From NCBI GenBank assembly GCA_001890965.1, contig MLAY01000008.1, forward strand, positions 488,341 through 552,340: DNA of 64,000 nucleotides. The letters run 5' to 3'. The notes beneath the pieces are model-generated. The model had not been told where the DNA came from and ran no database searches. It was given only the letters and a program-made list of their open reading frames with translations. This DNA is from a marine bacterium AO1-C. GTDB lineage: Bacteria > Bacteroidota > Bacteroidia > Cytophagales > Microscillaceae. Of the stretch, positions 10,258 to 20,018 are shown piece after piece. The translations under genes and the position numbers were made by a program. Positions within the stretch are counted from its first letter, which is position 1; the number at the start of each line of letters is the position of its first letter.

Positions 10258-10464
10258 TTAAAGATTTTGGCGATCACTTCCACCACTACAACCACAGCCG
10301 CCACCAGAGCTACTTGACCCACTCGTTTTTCCTGTGTTAGTGGGATTGATTTTGGCCTTCTTTTTTTGACTTGGAGAACCATCTCGCTCAGTCTCACCAC
10401 CTTTTATGTTTGATTGTTGTTGGTGGGTCAGTTGTTGCATTCTAAAGTTGCTGAAGCTTTTCAT
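10258..10464 (-). CDS. GG-leader precursor peptide (Bacteroidetes GG-motif natural-product/bacteriocin precursor type), Gly/Ser/Cys-rich core
   Basis: Leader MKSFSNFRMQQLTHQQQSNIKGG ends in a double glycine. The core ends in a GSSSSGGGCGCSGGS tract. It lies 47 nt downstream of the neighbouring GG-leader peptide. Confidence 0.55.
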   Translation of the reverse strand: MKSFSNFRMQQLTHQQQSNIKGGETERDGSPSQKKKAKINPTNTGKTSGSSSSGGGCGCSGGSDRQNL

Positions 10465-10511
10465 ATGTGTTGTGTTTAGTTAATTTAATAATGTTTGTGT
10501 CTTAAGAATCA

Positions 10512-10718
10512 CTACTTCCAGGGACCAGGATAGATTTCGTGTCCACAAGTAGCTCTGCATCTTCTGAGTCCTTCTTTGTCATCTCCCCAGTATTTTTCGC
10601 ATTCTCCTGCTGGCTTCAATTTATCAGGACAACGTACAAGAGATTTTCCTCCCTGGATTGTTTGCAACTCTTTTGTAGAAATTTTGTACTTACCAAACTT
10701 TGCTTTAAGCATGCTCAT
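10512..10718 (-). CDS. GG-leader precursor peptide with a 4-Cys core
   Basis: Leader MSMLKAKFGKYKISTKELQTIQGG, then a core containing four Cys (RCPDK...GECEKYW...RCRATCGH). Preceded by regulatory element copy B. Confidence 0.55.
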   Translation of the reverse strand: MSMLKAKFGKYKISTKELQTIQGGKSLVRCPDKLKPAGECEKYWGDDKEGLRRCRATCGHEIYPGPWK

Positions 10719-10838
10719 AATACATATTATTTAAAAGGTTCAATAGTATCAAATAACTCCTGAATCATAGTGTCAGTCACATAGTTATTTGGTTTGTTTT
10801 GTGATTTTGTGTTGCAAATGAAAGGAAAAAAAGACGAG

Positions 10839-10914
10839 AGGGCTTGGACATATCTTGCAAAAATATTGGACATATCATTCAAGCAAAATAAGCCACTGAT
10901 AATCAAACAATTAC
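10839..10914 (-). promoter_or_regulatory. Conserved ~77-bp element, copy B, with two TTGGACATAT direct repeats about 22 bp apart and embedded TTTG / TATTTTTG promoter-like boxes
   Basis: Half-sites at 10844-10853 and 10866-10875. On the minus strand the sequence reads TTTG-n18-TATTTTTG between and around the half-sites. It sits about 120 bp upstream of the peptide gene start at 10718. Confidence 0.5.
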
Positions 10915-10948
10915 AGCATGTTAAGAGTAAAATAAAGTGCAGAATTGG

Positions 10949-11941
10949 CTAAATACTTCTAATAGAACTCGGAGTTATTCCGTATTTTTTCTTGAAAGCA
11001 TTGGTAAAATGTCCTGGGTGACTGTAGCCTAACAGGTGAGCAATTTCGGAAGTAGGTTTGTCAGTATAGCGAAGTAGGTTACGCGCTTTTTCCATTTTGA
11101 AGTCTAGCAAAAATCCAAAAATGGTATTATTGAATACCTCTTTGAAGCCTTTCTTCAACTTAAAGTCGTTGGTGCCTACCATTTTGGCCAATTCATAAAT
11201 TGTAGGAGGATTATCGGCACGAGCTACCAGGATTTCTTTAGCCTCATGAATTTTATTCAAATCCTTGGTATTATTTATATACGTCTTGGCTTTGATACTA
11301 GGAGAGCTTTGGGCCTGTTCTACCTGCAATGCCAATAATTCCAGCACTTTGGCTTCAATAAAAATACGTTGTAGGTTTCTATCCAGCGGTTGGTTGAGCA
11401 ATTCGTGGATAATCATACGCATTTCGGGGGTAATAGGAAGGTTGGTATCTGCCAACATCACAGGTTCCTGTCGAACCACTTTTTCATAAAAATCGGCTAA
11501 TAAGTACGGATAACGAGCTACCAGTTGTTCGAAGTATTCACGAGTAAAACTCACTTCAAAGTTTTGATAAGCTTGTTTCCCCCGAAAGTTAAAAACCCCA
11601 CTTTTGCTAGGGGTATAACATAAAGTTTGCTGATTTTCTTGAATGATCACTTCGTCTCCAAAGTCATCCATCTTACCAGAAACAGTTCCCTTTAGGTGAA
11701 AACTCATTTCTACCAAATCTTCGTCGGCCTGACCACGAATGCGCAAATCATCATTGAAAGTAAAGCCTCCTCCCAACACGAAAATACCATTTAGGTTGTA
11801 TTGCTTAAAGTTGCCGTTACCAAAACCAAAATCTAAAAAACCGCCATCTCGATATACTTTTGGATCAGAAGCTGGGACAATGGGCAAATCAAACTCGTGT
11901 AGAGTTTCAGGGACTTGATCAACATGCAAACTAAACTTCAT
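10949..11941 (-). CDS. AraC-family transcriptional regulator with an N-terminal sensor domain
   Basis: C-terminal AraC HTH pair (YELAKMVGTNDFKLKKGFKEVF...IAHLLGYSHPGHFTNAFKKKYGITP). Confidence 0.8.
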   Translation of the reverse strand: MKFSLHVDQVPETLHEFDLPIVPASDPKVYRDGGFLDFGFGNGNFKQYNLNGIFVLGGGFTFNDDLRIRGQADEDLVEMSFHLKGTVSGKMDDFGDEVIIQENQQTLCYTPSKSGVFNFRGKQAYQNFEVSFTREYFEQLVARYPYLLADFYEKVVRQEPVMLADTNLPITPEMRMIIHELLNQPLDRNLQRIFIEAKVLELLALQVEQAQSSPSIKAKTYINNTKDLNKIHEAKEILVARADNPPTIYELAKMVGTNDFKLKKGFKEVFNNTIFGFLLDFKMEKARNLLRYTDKPTSEIAHLLGYSHPGHFTNAFKKKYGITPSSIRSI

Positions 11942-12089
11942 AGATATTGGGGCTCTTTTTTAGACAAAAATCCTGATGGCGTAAGTAGTACTCCGTTTAA
12001 CGTAAACAAAACTGGAGAGTTTGTGATAGCTTTGCAAACATACAATTAGGTTTTCATCAACAATTATTCCCATACAACTGAACACTGAC

Positions 12090-12815
12090 ATGCGACACAG
12101 TTCTGATCGATTGACTGCCAAACAGTCACCTCTTTTGTTCCAAAAAGGCATTCAAACTCGCCAAACTACTAATAACTTCTTGCCACCTTATAATACTACG
12201 TTAGCTGCTCAATTGGGCGTTTCACTCGATTATAGCGTATTAGACAAAATCGTTCTCGATTTTATCACTCAAAATCCTTCGGGTACCATCATCAACCTGG
12301 GCGCTGGTCTGGATAACCGTTTTTTCCGCCTGGATAATGGCCAAATCCAGTGGTTTGATATAGATGTTCCTGAAACTATTGAACTAAGACGTACTTTTTT
12401 TGAAGCCAACGACCGTTACCAATTGATTCCTACTAATATTTTTGGAAGGAATTTGCTCAAATACCTCCCTCCTACTTCTAATAGCTTGATTATCATAGAA
12501 GGTCTGGCGATGTATTACTCAGAAAGCAAAATAAAAACCCTGGTACAGAATATTTGCCGTCACTATAGCTCGTGTGAAATCATTTTGGAGGTTATTCATC
12601 CAGCAGTAATGGATAGTGTGGCCTATGCTACCCCAAACTTACCCTTAAAATGGGCAGTAAGTAATTTAAATCAGGTAGAAAAGTGGCATAAAAAGTTATT
12701 TCTAGCTCAGGAATTTCATCATTTATCAAGCGATTCAACTTCTAAGAGTCAATATTTCCATAATATTACTCAACCTCACGAAATGATTAAACTAGGCCAC
12801 TTTAAAGTAGGATAG
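12090..12815 (+). CDS. Class I SAM-dependent methyltransferase (LCM/TcmP-like O-methyltransferase family)
   Basis: IINLGAGLDNRFFRL...WFDIDVPETIELRRTF...IIIEGLAMYY pattern characteristic of the leucine carboxyl methyltransferase/TcmP family. Confidence 0.65.
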   Translation: MRHSSDRLTAKQSPLLFQKGIQTRQTTNNFLPPYNTTLAAQLGVSLDYSVLDKIVLDFITQNPSGTIINLGAGLDNRFFRLDNGQIQWFDIDVPETIELRRTFFEANDRYQLIPTNIFGRNLLKYLPPTSNSLIIIEGLAMYYSESKIKTLVQNICRHYSSCEIILEVIHPAVMDSVAYATPNLPLKWAVSNLNQVEKWHKKLFLAQEFHHLSSDSTSKSQYFHNITQPHEMIKLGHFKVG

Positions 12816-12903
12816 CAATGCATATATTTCTAATAAAAAAGCCATTTGTTGGTAGTATTCACACCGACAAATGGCTTTTGATTTATATATTTTGAATAAT
12901 TAC

Positions 12904-13143
12904 CTAAAAACTCGTCTTGCGAGAGGGCGATACTACATCATCGTGCCAACGATCTACCAACAAATCGTCTATTTTGCCCCCAGGAGGTAAACTGATAATA
13001 GGAAAATCGTTCCCACCTGGCATGCCACCATCATCATCGTTGTTGGGCGGATAATCGTTTCGTTTAATGATAGAACGAATCATCACCCAGGTAATCAATG
13101 AAAAACACACCAGACAAATCACAAAATATATCAGTACCGTCAT
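12904..13143 (-). CDS. Hypothetical small membrane protein
   Basis: N-terminal transmembrane helix and a Pro/Gly-rich tail. No recognised domain. Confidence 0.3.
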   Translation of the reverse strand: MTVLIYFVICLVCFSLITWVMIRSIIKRNDYPPNNDDDGGMPGGNDFPIISLPPGGKIDDLLVDRWHDDVVSPSRKTSF

Positions 13144-13442
13144 ATAGCAGGTAATTAAAAAAACAGGGTCTTAAATAAAATTAGGGGTTGTTGACAAATC
13201 ACCACTTTTTATATGGTATTCATCTTTATTTCTAAAATAAAGAATTATATATAAAAAATCAACGAATCATATTGGATAATGTTTAGGAATTGTATAAAAA
13301 TACCTTATCACTTTGGAAGTATTCCTTCTACTTGATGTGTTGTTATGTTTTTTGGTAATAGGTAGTACCATTTCCGCAAAAACGCCTCGTCTCAAGTCAA
13401 GCTGTTTACCTCAATAAAAGCAATTTATCCTTTCACCGTTTT

Positions 13443-14102
13443 CTAGAAAAATCCTCCCCAATTTGCCAACTGTCGGAAAAAGTTTGGAATAACATTTGGC
13501 ACAAAAGCAATCGTAGTAGCAATACCAAACAATGCCCCAAATAAGTGTGCTTCATGACCAATATTATCGTTCCCCTTTTTAGCCATATAGTAAGAGTAAA
13601 ACAGGTACCCTAACCCAAGCACAAAAGCAGGCAATGGTATAGGAATAAATAGTAGGCCTAGTTTTGCGGTAGGAAAGCACAAAATGAATATAAACACAAT
13701 GGCCGATACTCCTCCTGAAGCTCCCAAGGCATTATATCCAGGATTGCCTTTATATTTCAAATAAGCTGGCACGCTGGAAACAATGATGGCTACCAAATAG
13801 ATTCCTAAGAATATAAAACTCCCAAGGCCAGGGTAAATTTGATCATAAATCAATAACTCTACATGACGCGCGAAAAAGAACAACGTCAGCATGTTGAAGA
13901 GCAGGTGCATACCTCCTCCATGAATAAACCCAGAAGACAAAAAACGATAATACTCGCGACGGGTTTCAATGACGTAAGGATTGAATATCCACTTGGACTT
14001 AAACAATCGGTTTTTATCGGCATATAAACTAATCCCTACAGTAATAGCAATGATGATGGTTGTAAAGAACACATCACCATTGGGTTTAAACAATTCATCC
14101 AT
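13443..14102 (-). CDS. Rhomboid-family intramembrane serine protease
   Basis: GASGGVSAIVFIF (GxSG) and a downstream HLFGALFG (catalytic His) within a six-helix membrane layout. Confidence 0.8.
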   Translation of the reverse strand: MDELFKPNGDVFFTTIIIAITVGISLYADKNRLFKSKWIFNPYVIETRREYYRFLSSGFIHGGGMHLLFNMLTLFFFARHVELLIYDQIYPGLGSFIFLGIYLVAIIVSSVPAYLKYKGNPGYNALGASGGVSAIVFIFILCFPTAKLGLLFIPIPLPAFVLGLGYLFYSYYMAKKGNDNIGHEAHLFGALFGIATTIAFVPNVIPNFFRQLANWGGFF

Positions 14103-14210
14103 ATTTCTTTAAGTTTGATAGGTTTGGTTAATGGTACCTTTGGTTTGTTACGATTCTCTTAAATATAACAAATTTTACGCAGGTTCTATTCCAAGAACGT
14201 GAATTTAAGC

Positions 14211-15182
14211 CTATCGGTCCCGATTCATCAATTGAACTGTAAAGTTTCGTAATACATTTTTGGCTTCATCACGTGCCTCAATAGCCGCTAACTGCTCCAG
14301 CCCAGTATCGAAATACTGATTCATTTTCGTTTCAGTCAAAGTCTTGATTCCCAATTCGTTGTAAATCTCAGTGACCGCCTGCACTTTTTCGGCTTTATCA
14401 AACTCTTTGAGGCTTAACCAATGCTCGAGTGACTCCTTAGTTTTACCCTTCGCCCTTTTCATAGCATTAATCAATAAAAAGGTTTTTTTGTTTGCAATGA
14501 TATCGCCGCCTACTTGTTTACCAAATTTGGCAGCATCGGCATACACATCCAGCAAATCATCCATCAACTGGAAGCCAACCCCGACATTTACTCCAAAACC
14601 ATTAAGCAGGTCAGTTGAAGCTTCTGACGCATTGGCTACAATTCCGCCCAATTCGAGGCTATAACCCAATAAGACAGCCGTTTTCAAACGAATCATATTC
14701 AGGTATTCATCCTCCCCTACTTGATCACGAGTCTCAAAATTCATGTCCAGTTGTTGTCCCTCACACACCTCAGCAGCACAACGATTAAATTTTCGAATTA
14801 CTCTTTTAAGGTGTTGGTTATCTATATCCAATAATAATTCATAGGCTTGCACCAGCATAACATCTCCTGAAAGAATGCCTGTATTAGCGTTCCATTTCTC
14901 ATGAATAGTAGGCTTACCTCTACGCAAGGGGGCTTCATCCATGATGTCATCATGTACCAAAGTAAAATTATGGAAAACCTCCACTGCCAAAGCCGAATTC
15001 ATTGCTTTCTGATAATCAGGCTCAAACAGTGCATACCCTAACAAAGCCAGCAAAGGACGCATACGTTTGCCTCCCAGACTCATAATATATCGAATGGGTT
15101 CATACAGTTCTTGAGGATGCTCCCCATAATTTAGTGCATCCAACGACTGGTTGATTTCGGCTTGTAAAGTTCTGATGTCCAT
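14211..15182 (-). CDS. Polyprenyl diphosphate synthase (trans-isoprenyl diphosphate synthase)
   Basis: First aspartate-rich motif LVHDDIMDEAPLRRGKPT and a second DDxxD (QLMDDLLD). Start chosen at the ATG giving MDIRTLQ rather than the longer tracked ORF. Confidence 0.85.
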   Translation of the reverse strand: MDIRTLQAEINQSLDALNYGEHPQELYEPIRYIMSLGGKRMRPLLALLGYALFEPDYQKAMNSALAVEVFHNFTLVHDDIMDEAPLRRGKPTIHEKWNANTGILSGDVMLVQAYELLLDIDNQHLKRVIRKFNRCAAEVCEGQQLDMNFETRDQVGEDEYLNMIRLKTAVLLGYSLELGGIVANASEASTDLLNGFGVNVGVGFQLMDDLLDVYADAAKFGKQVGGDIIANKKTFLLINAMKRAKGKTKESLEHWLSLKEFDKAEKVQAVTEIYNELGIKTLTETKMNQYFDTGLEQLAAIEARDEAKNVLRNFTVQLMNRDR

Positions 15183-15490
15183 AAAATTTGATTTGAGATC
15201 GGGTAAATAATAAGTTTTTATGAGCGAAAATAATGGGCAATATCCCAAATAGAAACTAGCCAATCGCGTTTTTGTTGAAAAAAAATATATTTGGCGTAAC
15301 TAATTATGAATGAGATAGAAATAAACTGCTTTCGTTCGGCGATTTTTGCAAAATATTTTTAAATTATACCAGAATTGTAGTGGTTTTAGCGGAACTGCCA
15401 ATCAACATTACCCACATCACTTTCAATTCAGTTTACAAGCAGAAGAAACTTACATAATTTGATCAACAAACTATCTCTCCTGAATAAAAT

Positions 15491-18400
15491 ATGGCCGATA
15501 AAAAACTCTTTGCCCTGTGTGTAGGCATCAATGAATATCCTGAAGGTGTAAGCAACCTGGCAGGTTGTATTACTGATGCTGAAAACTGGAAAAACTTTCT
15601 GGAAACCCACTATCAAAAATCCCTTTCTCCCGAAATACTTTTACTTACCAATGCTCAAGCTACCCGAGAGGGGTTCATAGACGCTTTTCGCAATCATTTG
15701 GGCCAGGCCAGAGATGGTGATACGGTTTTTCTTCATTATAGTGGACATGGCTCCCGAGAAAAAGCTCCTCCAGCTTATTTAAAGTTTTTTCCAGATGGTA
15801 TGAATGAGACCCTGGTACTGAGTGATAGCAGGGCTAAAGATGGCGAAGGTAATTATATAGGCCACGATTTAGCTGATAAAGAGCTAGGAAAACTTTTAGA
15901 AGAGGTAATTGCAGATAAACCCAACTTAAATCTCATAGTATCACTCGATTGTTGTCATTCAGGATCAGGTACCCGTGATGCAGCTGGCCTTTCTGCTTCT
16001 CGTCTTACAGGTGACCGTGCCGATGAAGCTCGCTCATTTGATACTTACATTCCTGGTATTTTTACAGGTGGTGAGGTAGTGCCTCCTTCTAGTAAACACA
16101 TCCTATTAGCTTCTTGCAACAAATATCAAAAGGCCTGGGAAACCAAAGAGAATACGGGGCTCTTTACTACTTCTGCATTGGCAATACTTGATAAGTATGG
16201 TGCACAAACAACTTTTGCCGACTTGTATACACGTACTCGCACCATTATGCGACAAACGACTAATATTCAAGATCCTCAATTAGAAGTACACGAAAAATAC
16301 AATGCAAATCAAGTTATTTTCACTGGCGGAACTCTGGAAGGAGCAGGACAGTACACCCGAAGAATTTACCAAATAGATAATACTTGGAAATTAGACTTTG
16401 GGGCAATTCATGGGATGCCTAATGATAAAACTATTGAGCTGGCTGTGTATGAAAATGCTGATGATTTACAACAGCAAAAATCTTTGGGAAATGCTAAATC
16501 TATAGGGGTAACAACAGATAAAACTACGCTCGAACTTGATTTTGAAGCTGATACCAATCAAGAATATATTGGAGAGTTTCTTACCCCTCCCACTACTCCC
16601 ATGAATGTATTCATTTATGGAGTAAAAGAAGGTCAGGAATTTATTCAAAAAACGTTCGAAGAACATCCAAGTCTAAATTTTACATTAACCATAGTAGATG
16701 ACCAAGATGGCTATACTTTCGATTCAAAATATATAGAAAAAGATAACCCTCATCCATATTATGGTGAAATCAAAATTATTGATCAGCAAGGCCAATTGAT
16801 AACCCCCAAAGCAGGCGATTATAATCTTGTTGCGTACTCTGATGGTTATTTCATATTGGATGAAAACAATCGCCTGATTCAAGGGTGTAAAAATGGTTAT
16901 GATGATGTTGGTGCAATCAAAATATTATTTCAAGCTCTAGACAAAATCGCCAACTGGGAAAATTTAACGGTACTTCAAAACAAAGCTCCTAAAATCAATC
17001 CAGACAAAATAGCGTTTAACCTTTATGTAGGAGAAGATGAAAAGCAAATTGAGGGAACAGAATTCACCACTTCTCTAGTAGAAGTAAATGATCCCACAGT
17101 ACCTTGGCCTAGTATTCCCTTTGAATTACGATGTAAAAACAACACTAATCAGGGGCTTCATATTTCACTGATATACCTAGATGATAATTACACTGTAGTA
17201 CCACTTTATAATGATTACATTGAATCTAAAACAGGAGAAACTACGCTCATCAGTGATGGATTCTATATACTAAGTAACAATAAAGCAGAAAGTGGTAATG
17301 TATATGATGAAGAGTTGGACGAATATCGTTTTAATCAAAGTAACATGATATTCAAGTTACTGGTAAGTACTGAACGTTTAGACGACTTTACCCTAGAACA
17401 AGAAGGAATTGATATAGGCCATATTGCTTACAATAGAGTATTGGCTTCTAGAGTTAAAGGTGGGATCACAAAACCTGTGAAAAACGATTGGTTTACCAAA
17501 ACAATTAATACATATACGATACGCCAACGTTCTAAGTTAAGTAAAAATAACTTAGAACTAGGAGAAACAAAACAACTGGCAATCAAAGGTAATGAACAAG
17601 TCTCCGCTAATGTAAAACTCAGTACCAGCAACCCTGGAAGTCGCAGTACCGACAAAACCTCCCTGATGACAAGTTTGCTTGAACAACAAGCGGGGAATTT
17701 GATCAACTTTGGCGGGGAACTGGGAGGCTCGAATATTTTGGAGATTAATGATATCCAAGGTGCCGATGAGCTTGCTGAAAATCCACTGGAAATCACCCTT
17801 AATGAAGAAGTTTCTGAGGATGAATTATTACTTCCTTTCACCTTTGATGGAGAACACATTCTCTCCATTGGCGAAAGCGAAACACAGGCAGACGGCAGCA
17901 CTAACATTGCCATTGATGAAGTTCCTGCCATAGAAGAAGGAAGCCGTAGTTTAGGCAAATCACTCAAGTTGGCTTTCTATAAAATTGCGCTCAAACGTCA
18001 CCCCGATAAGATTTACCAATTGGCTTGGGTAGAATATTTGAACACCCAGGATGAAGATGGTAACGAAGAAATAGATCGCCACCGAGATAATGATGAAGTG
18101 GCTGAAAAAGTAGCCAGTGCCAATAAGGTTTTGCTGTTGTTGCATGGCATTATTGGTGACACCGAAGACATGGCCATTGCCGTAAAAGATATAGCAGCTG
18201 AAAAAGGCTATGATTTGGTATTGAGCTTTGACTACGAAAACCTAAACTCTTCTATTGAAAAAGATATTTCCTGGTCTTTGAAAGACCAACTCGAACGCGT
18301 GGGCTTCAAAGCTGATGATGGCAAGGAATTGCACATTTTAGCCCAAGGCATGGGGTGTTTGGTAGCTCGTTGGATGGTGGAACGCAGGGGAGGCAATAAA

Positions 18401-18919
18401 TTTGTAGACCGGATGATTTTGGTAGGCCCACCCAATGCTGGCTCAGTCTTAGGAAACCTGGAATCTTACCGCAAAATGGCCACCATGGTATTAGGCGTAG
18501 TAGCCAATATAGCTTTGCCGTTTTTAGGTTGGGCTGGTGGCTTGCTCAAAGGAGTAAAAACTGCCTTAAAACAAGGGCAAAAGTTAACAACTACTCTGGC
18601 TGAAATGCACGAAAGCTCTACTTTTATTCGGGACTTGAACGATAGTGATGATCCAGGTGTGCCTTATGCCATTGTAGCAGGAGATGTTCGCAGTTATGAA
18701 CCAACCGATGGTAGTAACTTCTCTAAATTTCACGAAAAAATGTCAGCCAAGTTGGGCACATTTGTCAATGGAGGGGATGCCAACGATATGATTGTAGATT
18801 TTGCCTCTATGAAACGAGCTGGTAAAAACAGTCAGGTAGAAATTACCAAGGTAGTTTGTCATCATTTAAATTATTTTCACGAAGAAGCGAGCTTAGAGGC
18901 TATTCAAGGCCTTTTGTGA
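15491..18919 (+). CDS. Large multidomain protein: N-terminal caspase-like (peptidase C14) domain, ~600-aa central region, C-terminal alpha/beta-hydrolase-like domain with a degenerate nucleophile elbow
   Basis: Caspase His-Cys dyad motifs HYSGHGS and SLDCCHSGSG. The C-terminus has LLLLHGIIGDTEDM and AQGMGCLVA, where Gly sits at the usual GxSxG Ser position. Confidence 0.75.
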   Translation: MADKKLFALCVGINEYPEGVSNLAGCITDAENWKNFLETHYQKSLSPEILLLTNAQATREGFIDAFRNHLGQARDGDTVFLHYSGHGSREKAPPAYLKFFPDGMNETLVLSDSRAKDGEGNYIGHDLADKELGKLLEEVIADKPNLNLIVSLDCCHSGSGTRDAAGLSASRLTGDRADEARSFDTYIPGIFTGGEVVPPSSKHILLASCNKYQKAWETKENTGLFTTSALAILDKYGAQTTFADLYTRTRTIMRQTTNIQDPQLEVHEKYNANQVIFTGGTLEGAGQYTRRIYQIDNTWKLDFGAIHGMPNDKTIELAVYENADDLQQQKSLGNAKSIGVTTDKTTLELDFEADTNQEYIGEFLTPPTTPMNVFIYGVKEGQEFIQKTFEEHPSLNFTLTIVDDQDGYTFDSKYIEKDNPHPYYGEIKIIDQQGQLITPKAGDYNLVAYSDGYFILDENNRLIQGCKNGYDDVGAIKILFQALDKIANWENLTVLQNKAPKINPDKIAFNLYVGEDEKQIEGTEFTTSLVEVNDPTVPWPSIPFELRCKNNTNQGLHISLIYLDDNYTVVPLYNDYIESKTGETTLISDGFYILSNNKAESGNVYDEELDEYRFNQSNMIFKLLVSTERLDDFTLEQEGIDIGHIAYNRVLASRVKGGITKPVKNDWFTKTINTYTIRQRSKLSKNNLELGETKQLAIKGNEQVSANVKLSTSNPGSRSTDKTSLMTSLLEQQAGNLINFGGELGGSNILEINDIQGADELAENPLEITLNEEVSEDELLLPFTFDGEHILSIGESETQADGSTNIAIDEVPAIEEGSRSLGKSLKLAFYKIALKRHPDKIYQLAWVEYLNTQDEDGNEEIDRHRDNDEVAEKVASANKVLLLLHGIIGDTEDMAIAVKDIAAEKGYDLVLSFDYENLNSSIEKDISWSLKDQLERVGFKADDGKELHILAQGMGCLVARWMVERRGGNKFVDRMILVGPPNAGSVLGNLESYRKMATMVLGVVANIALPFLGWAGGLLKGVKTALKQGQKLTTTLAEMHESSTFIRDLNDSDDPGVPYAIVAGDVRSYEPTDGSNFSKFHEKMSAKLGTFVNGGDANDMIVDFASMKRAGKNSQVEITKVVCHHLNYFHEEASLEAIQGLL

Positions 18920-18948
18920 TAATTCCTGTTTAATAATTTATAACTCAA

Positions 18949-18990
18949 GAAAACGACAAATGATTTAAGAATTGTTTGTCGTTTTTATTT
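18949..18990 (+). terminator. Rho-independent terminator after the caspase-like gene
   Basis: aaacgacaaa-(13 nt)-tttgtcgttt followed by tttattttg. Confidence 0.6.
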
Positions 18991-19049
18991 TGCATCTCAT
19001 TACTACACTCTTTACCTTTTCAATCTCATAAAAGATCAACATTCAAAAG

Positions 19050-20018
19050 ATGAACACCCCCATACGTATAGAGTTACCCACCATTTTTGGGATGAAAACA
19101 GTCAATGCTTATTTGTTTTTAGAACCCACACCTACCTTGATAGATTGCGGCGAACAGACCGATAAATCCTGGGATGCGTTACAAAAAGCATTGGCTGAGC
19201 ACAATCTGAAAATTCAGGATTTGGCAAGGGTGATTATTACCCACGCCCATGTAGATCATATTGGCATGGCAGGCAAAATCGCGGCTGAGAGTCCCAATAC
19301 CGAAATCTGGGTTTCCGAATTTGCCTACAACTGGGCAGTCAATCCCAAAGAAATGAACAATATTCGGCAAGAGGTTATGCAAGAATACATGCAGTTGTTT
19401 CCCCAATTTGTCAACTCCCCTTTTCAGCAAATGATGGTACAACTATACAAAACCGCTAGCTCAGCATGGGGCGAAATCCCTAAAGATCGCGTAAGAAGGT
19501 TTACGCTGGACGAAAAGCTTCGCTTAGGTAATCTGGATTGGGAGATTATCTATGCACCAGGGCATTGCAATCATCAAACCTGTTTTTACCAGCCCGAAAC
19601 CCGTCAAATGATCTCGGCAGACATGTTACTCGCTATTACCCCTTCTCCTGTAATAGACGTGACGCTCAAGCCCCCTTATAAAAGAGAGAAAAGCTTGCAT
19701 CAAATGATTGAATCACTCCATAAATTTGCCGCAATAGATATTGATCAGGTATACCCAGGACATTATGAGCCATTTCAAAACCATCGGGAACTAATCCAAA
19801 AACAATTGGATCGCATCATCATGCGCAAAAATCAATGCTTTGCTTTGATCAAATCCGGGACGGATGATTTTTTTGAACTTTTGACTCAGCTTTACGGGAA
19901 AAACTTTACCATTCCTGCCATTCCTATGCTGGTAGGTTATCTTGATTTGTTGACTGAAGAAAACCTAATTACAGTCAGTAAAACCGAACAAGGTCTGAAA
20001 TATCAAGTGCAGGAGTAA
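19050..20018 (+). CDS. MBL-fold metallo-hydrolase
   Basis: ITHAHVDHIGMAG (HxHxDH) with downstream His/Asp ligands. Confidence 0.75.
   Translation: MNTPIRIELPTIFGMKTVNAYLFLEPTPTLIDCGEQTDKSWDALQKALAEHNLKIQDLARVIITHAHVDHIGMAGKIAAESPNTEIWVSEFAYNWAVNPKEMNNIRQEVMQEYMQLFPQFVNSPFQQMMVQLYKTASSAWGEIPKDRVRRFTLDEKLRLGNLDWEIIYAPGHCNHQTCFYQPETRQMISADMLLAITPSPVIDVTLKPPYKREKSLHQMIESLHKFAAIDIDQVYPGHYEPFQNHRELIQKQLDRIIMRKNQCFALIKSGTDDFFELLTQLYGKNFTIPAIPMLVGYLDLLTEENLITVSKTEQGLKYQVQE

Noticed and set aside
17428-17967. 179-aa antisense ORF inside the caspase-like gene. Similar shadow ORFs occur at 43219..43857 and 43427..43885 inside pyk, at 31677..32045 inside the MVP gene, and elsewhere.
   Set aside because: They are fully embedded opposite long, well-supported CDSs and have low-complexity or Ser/Leu-rich translations typical of antisense frames.
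18000-18919. Active lipase/esterase domain at the C-terminus of the caspase-like protein.
   Set aside because: The nucleophile elbow reads AQGMG, with Gly at the Ser position. It is more likely a non-catalytic alpha/beta-hydrolase-like module.
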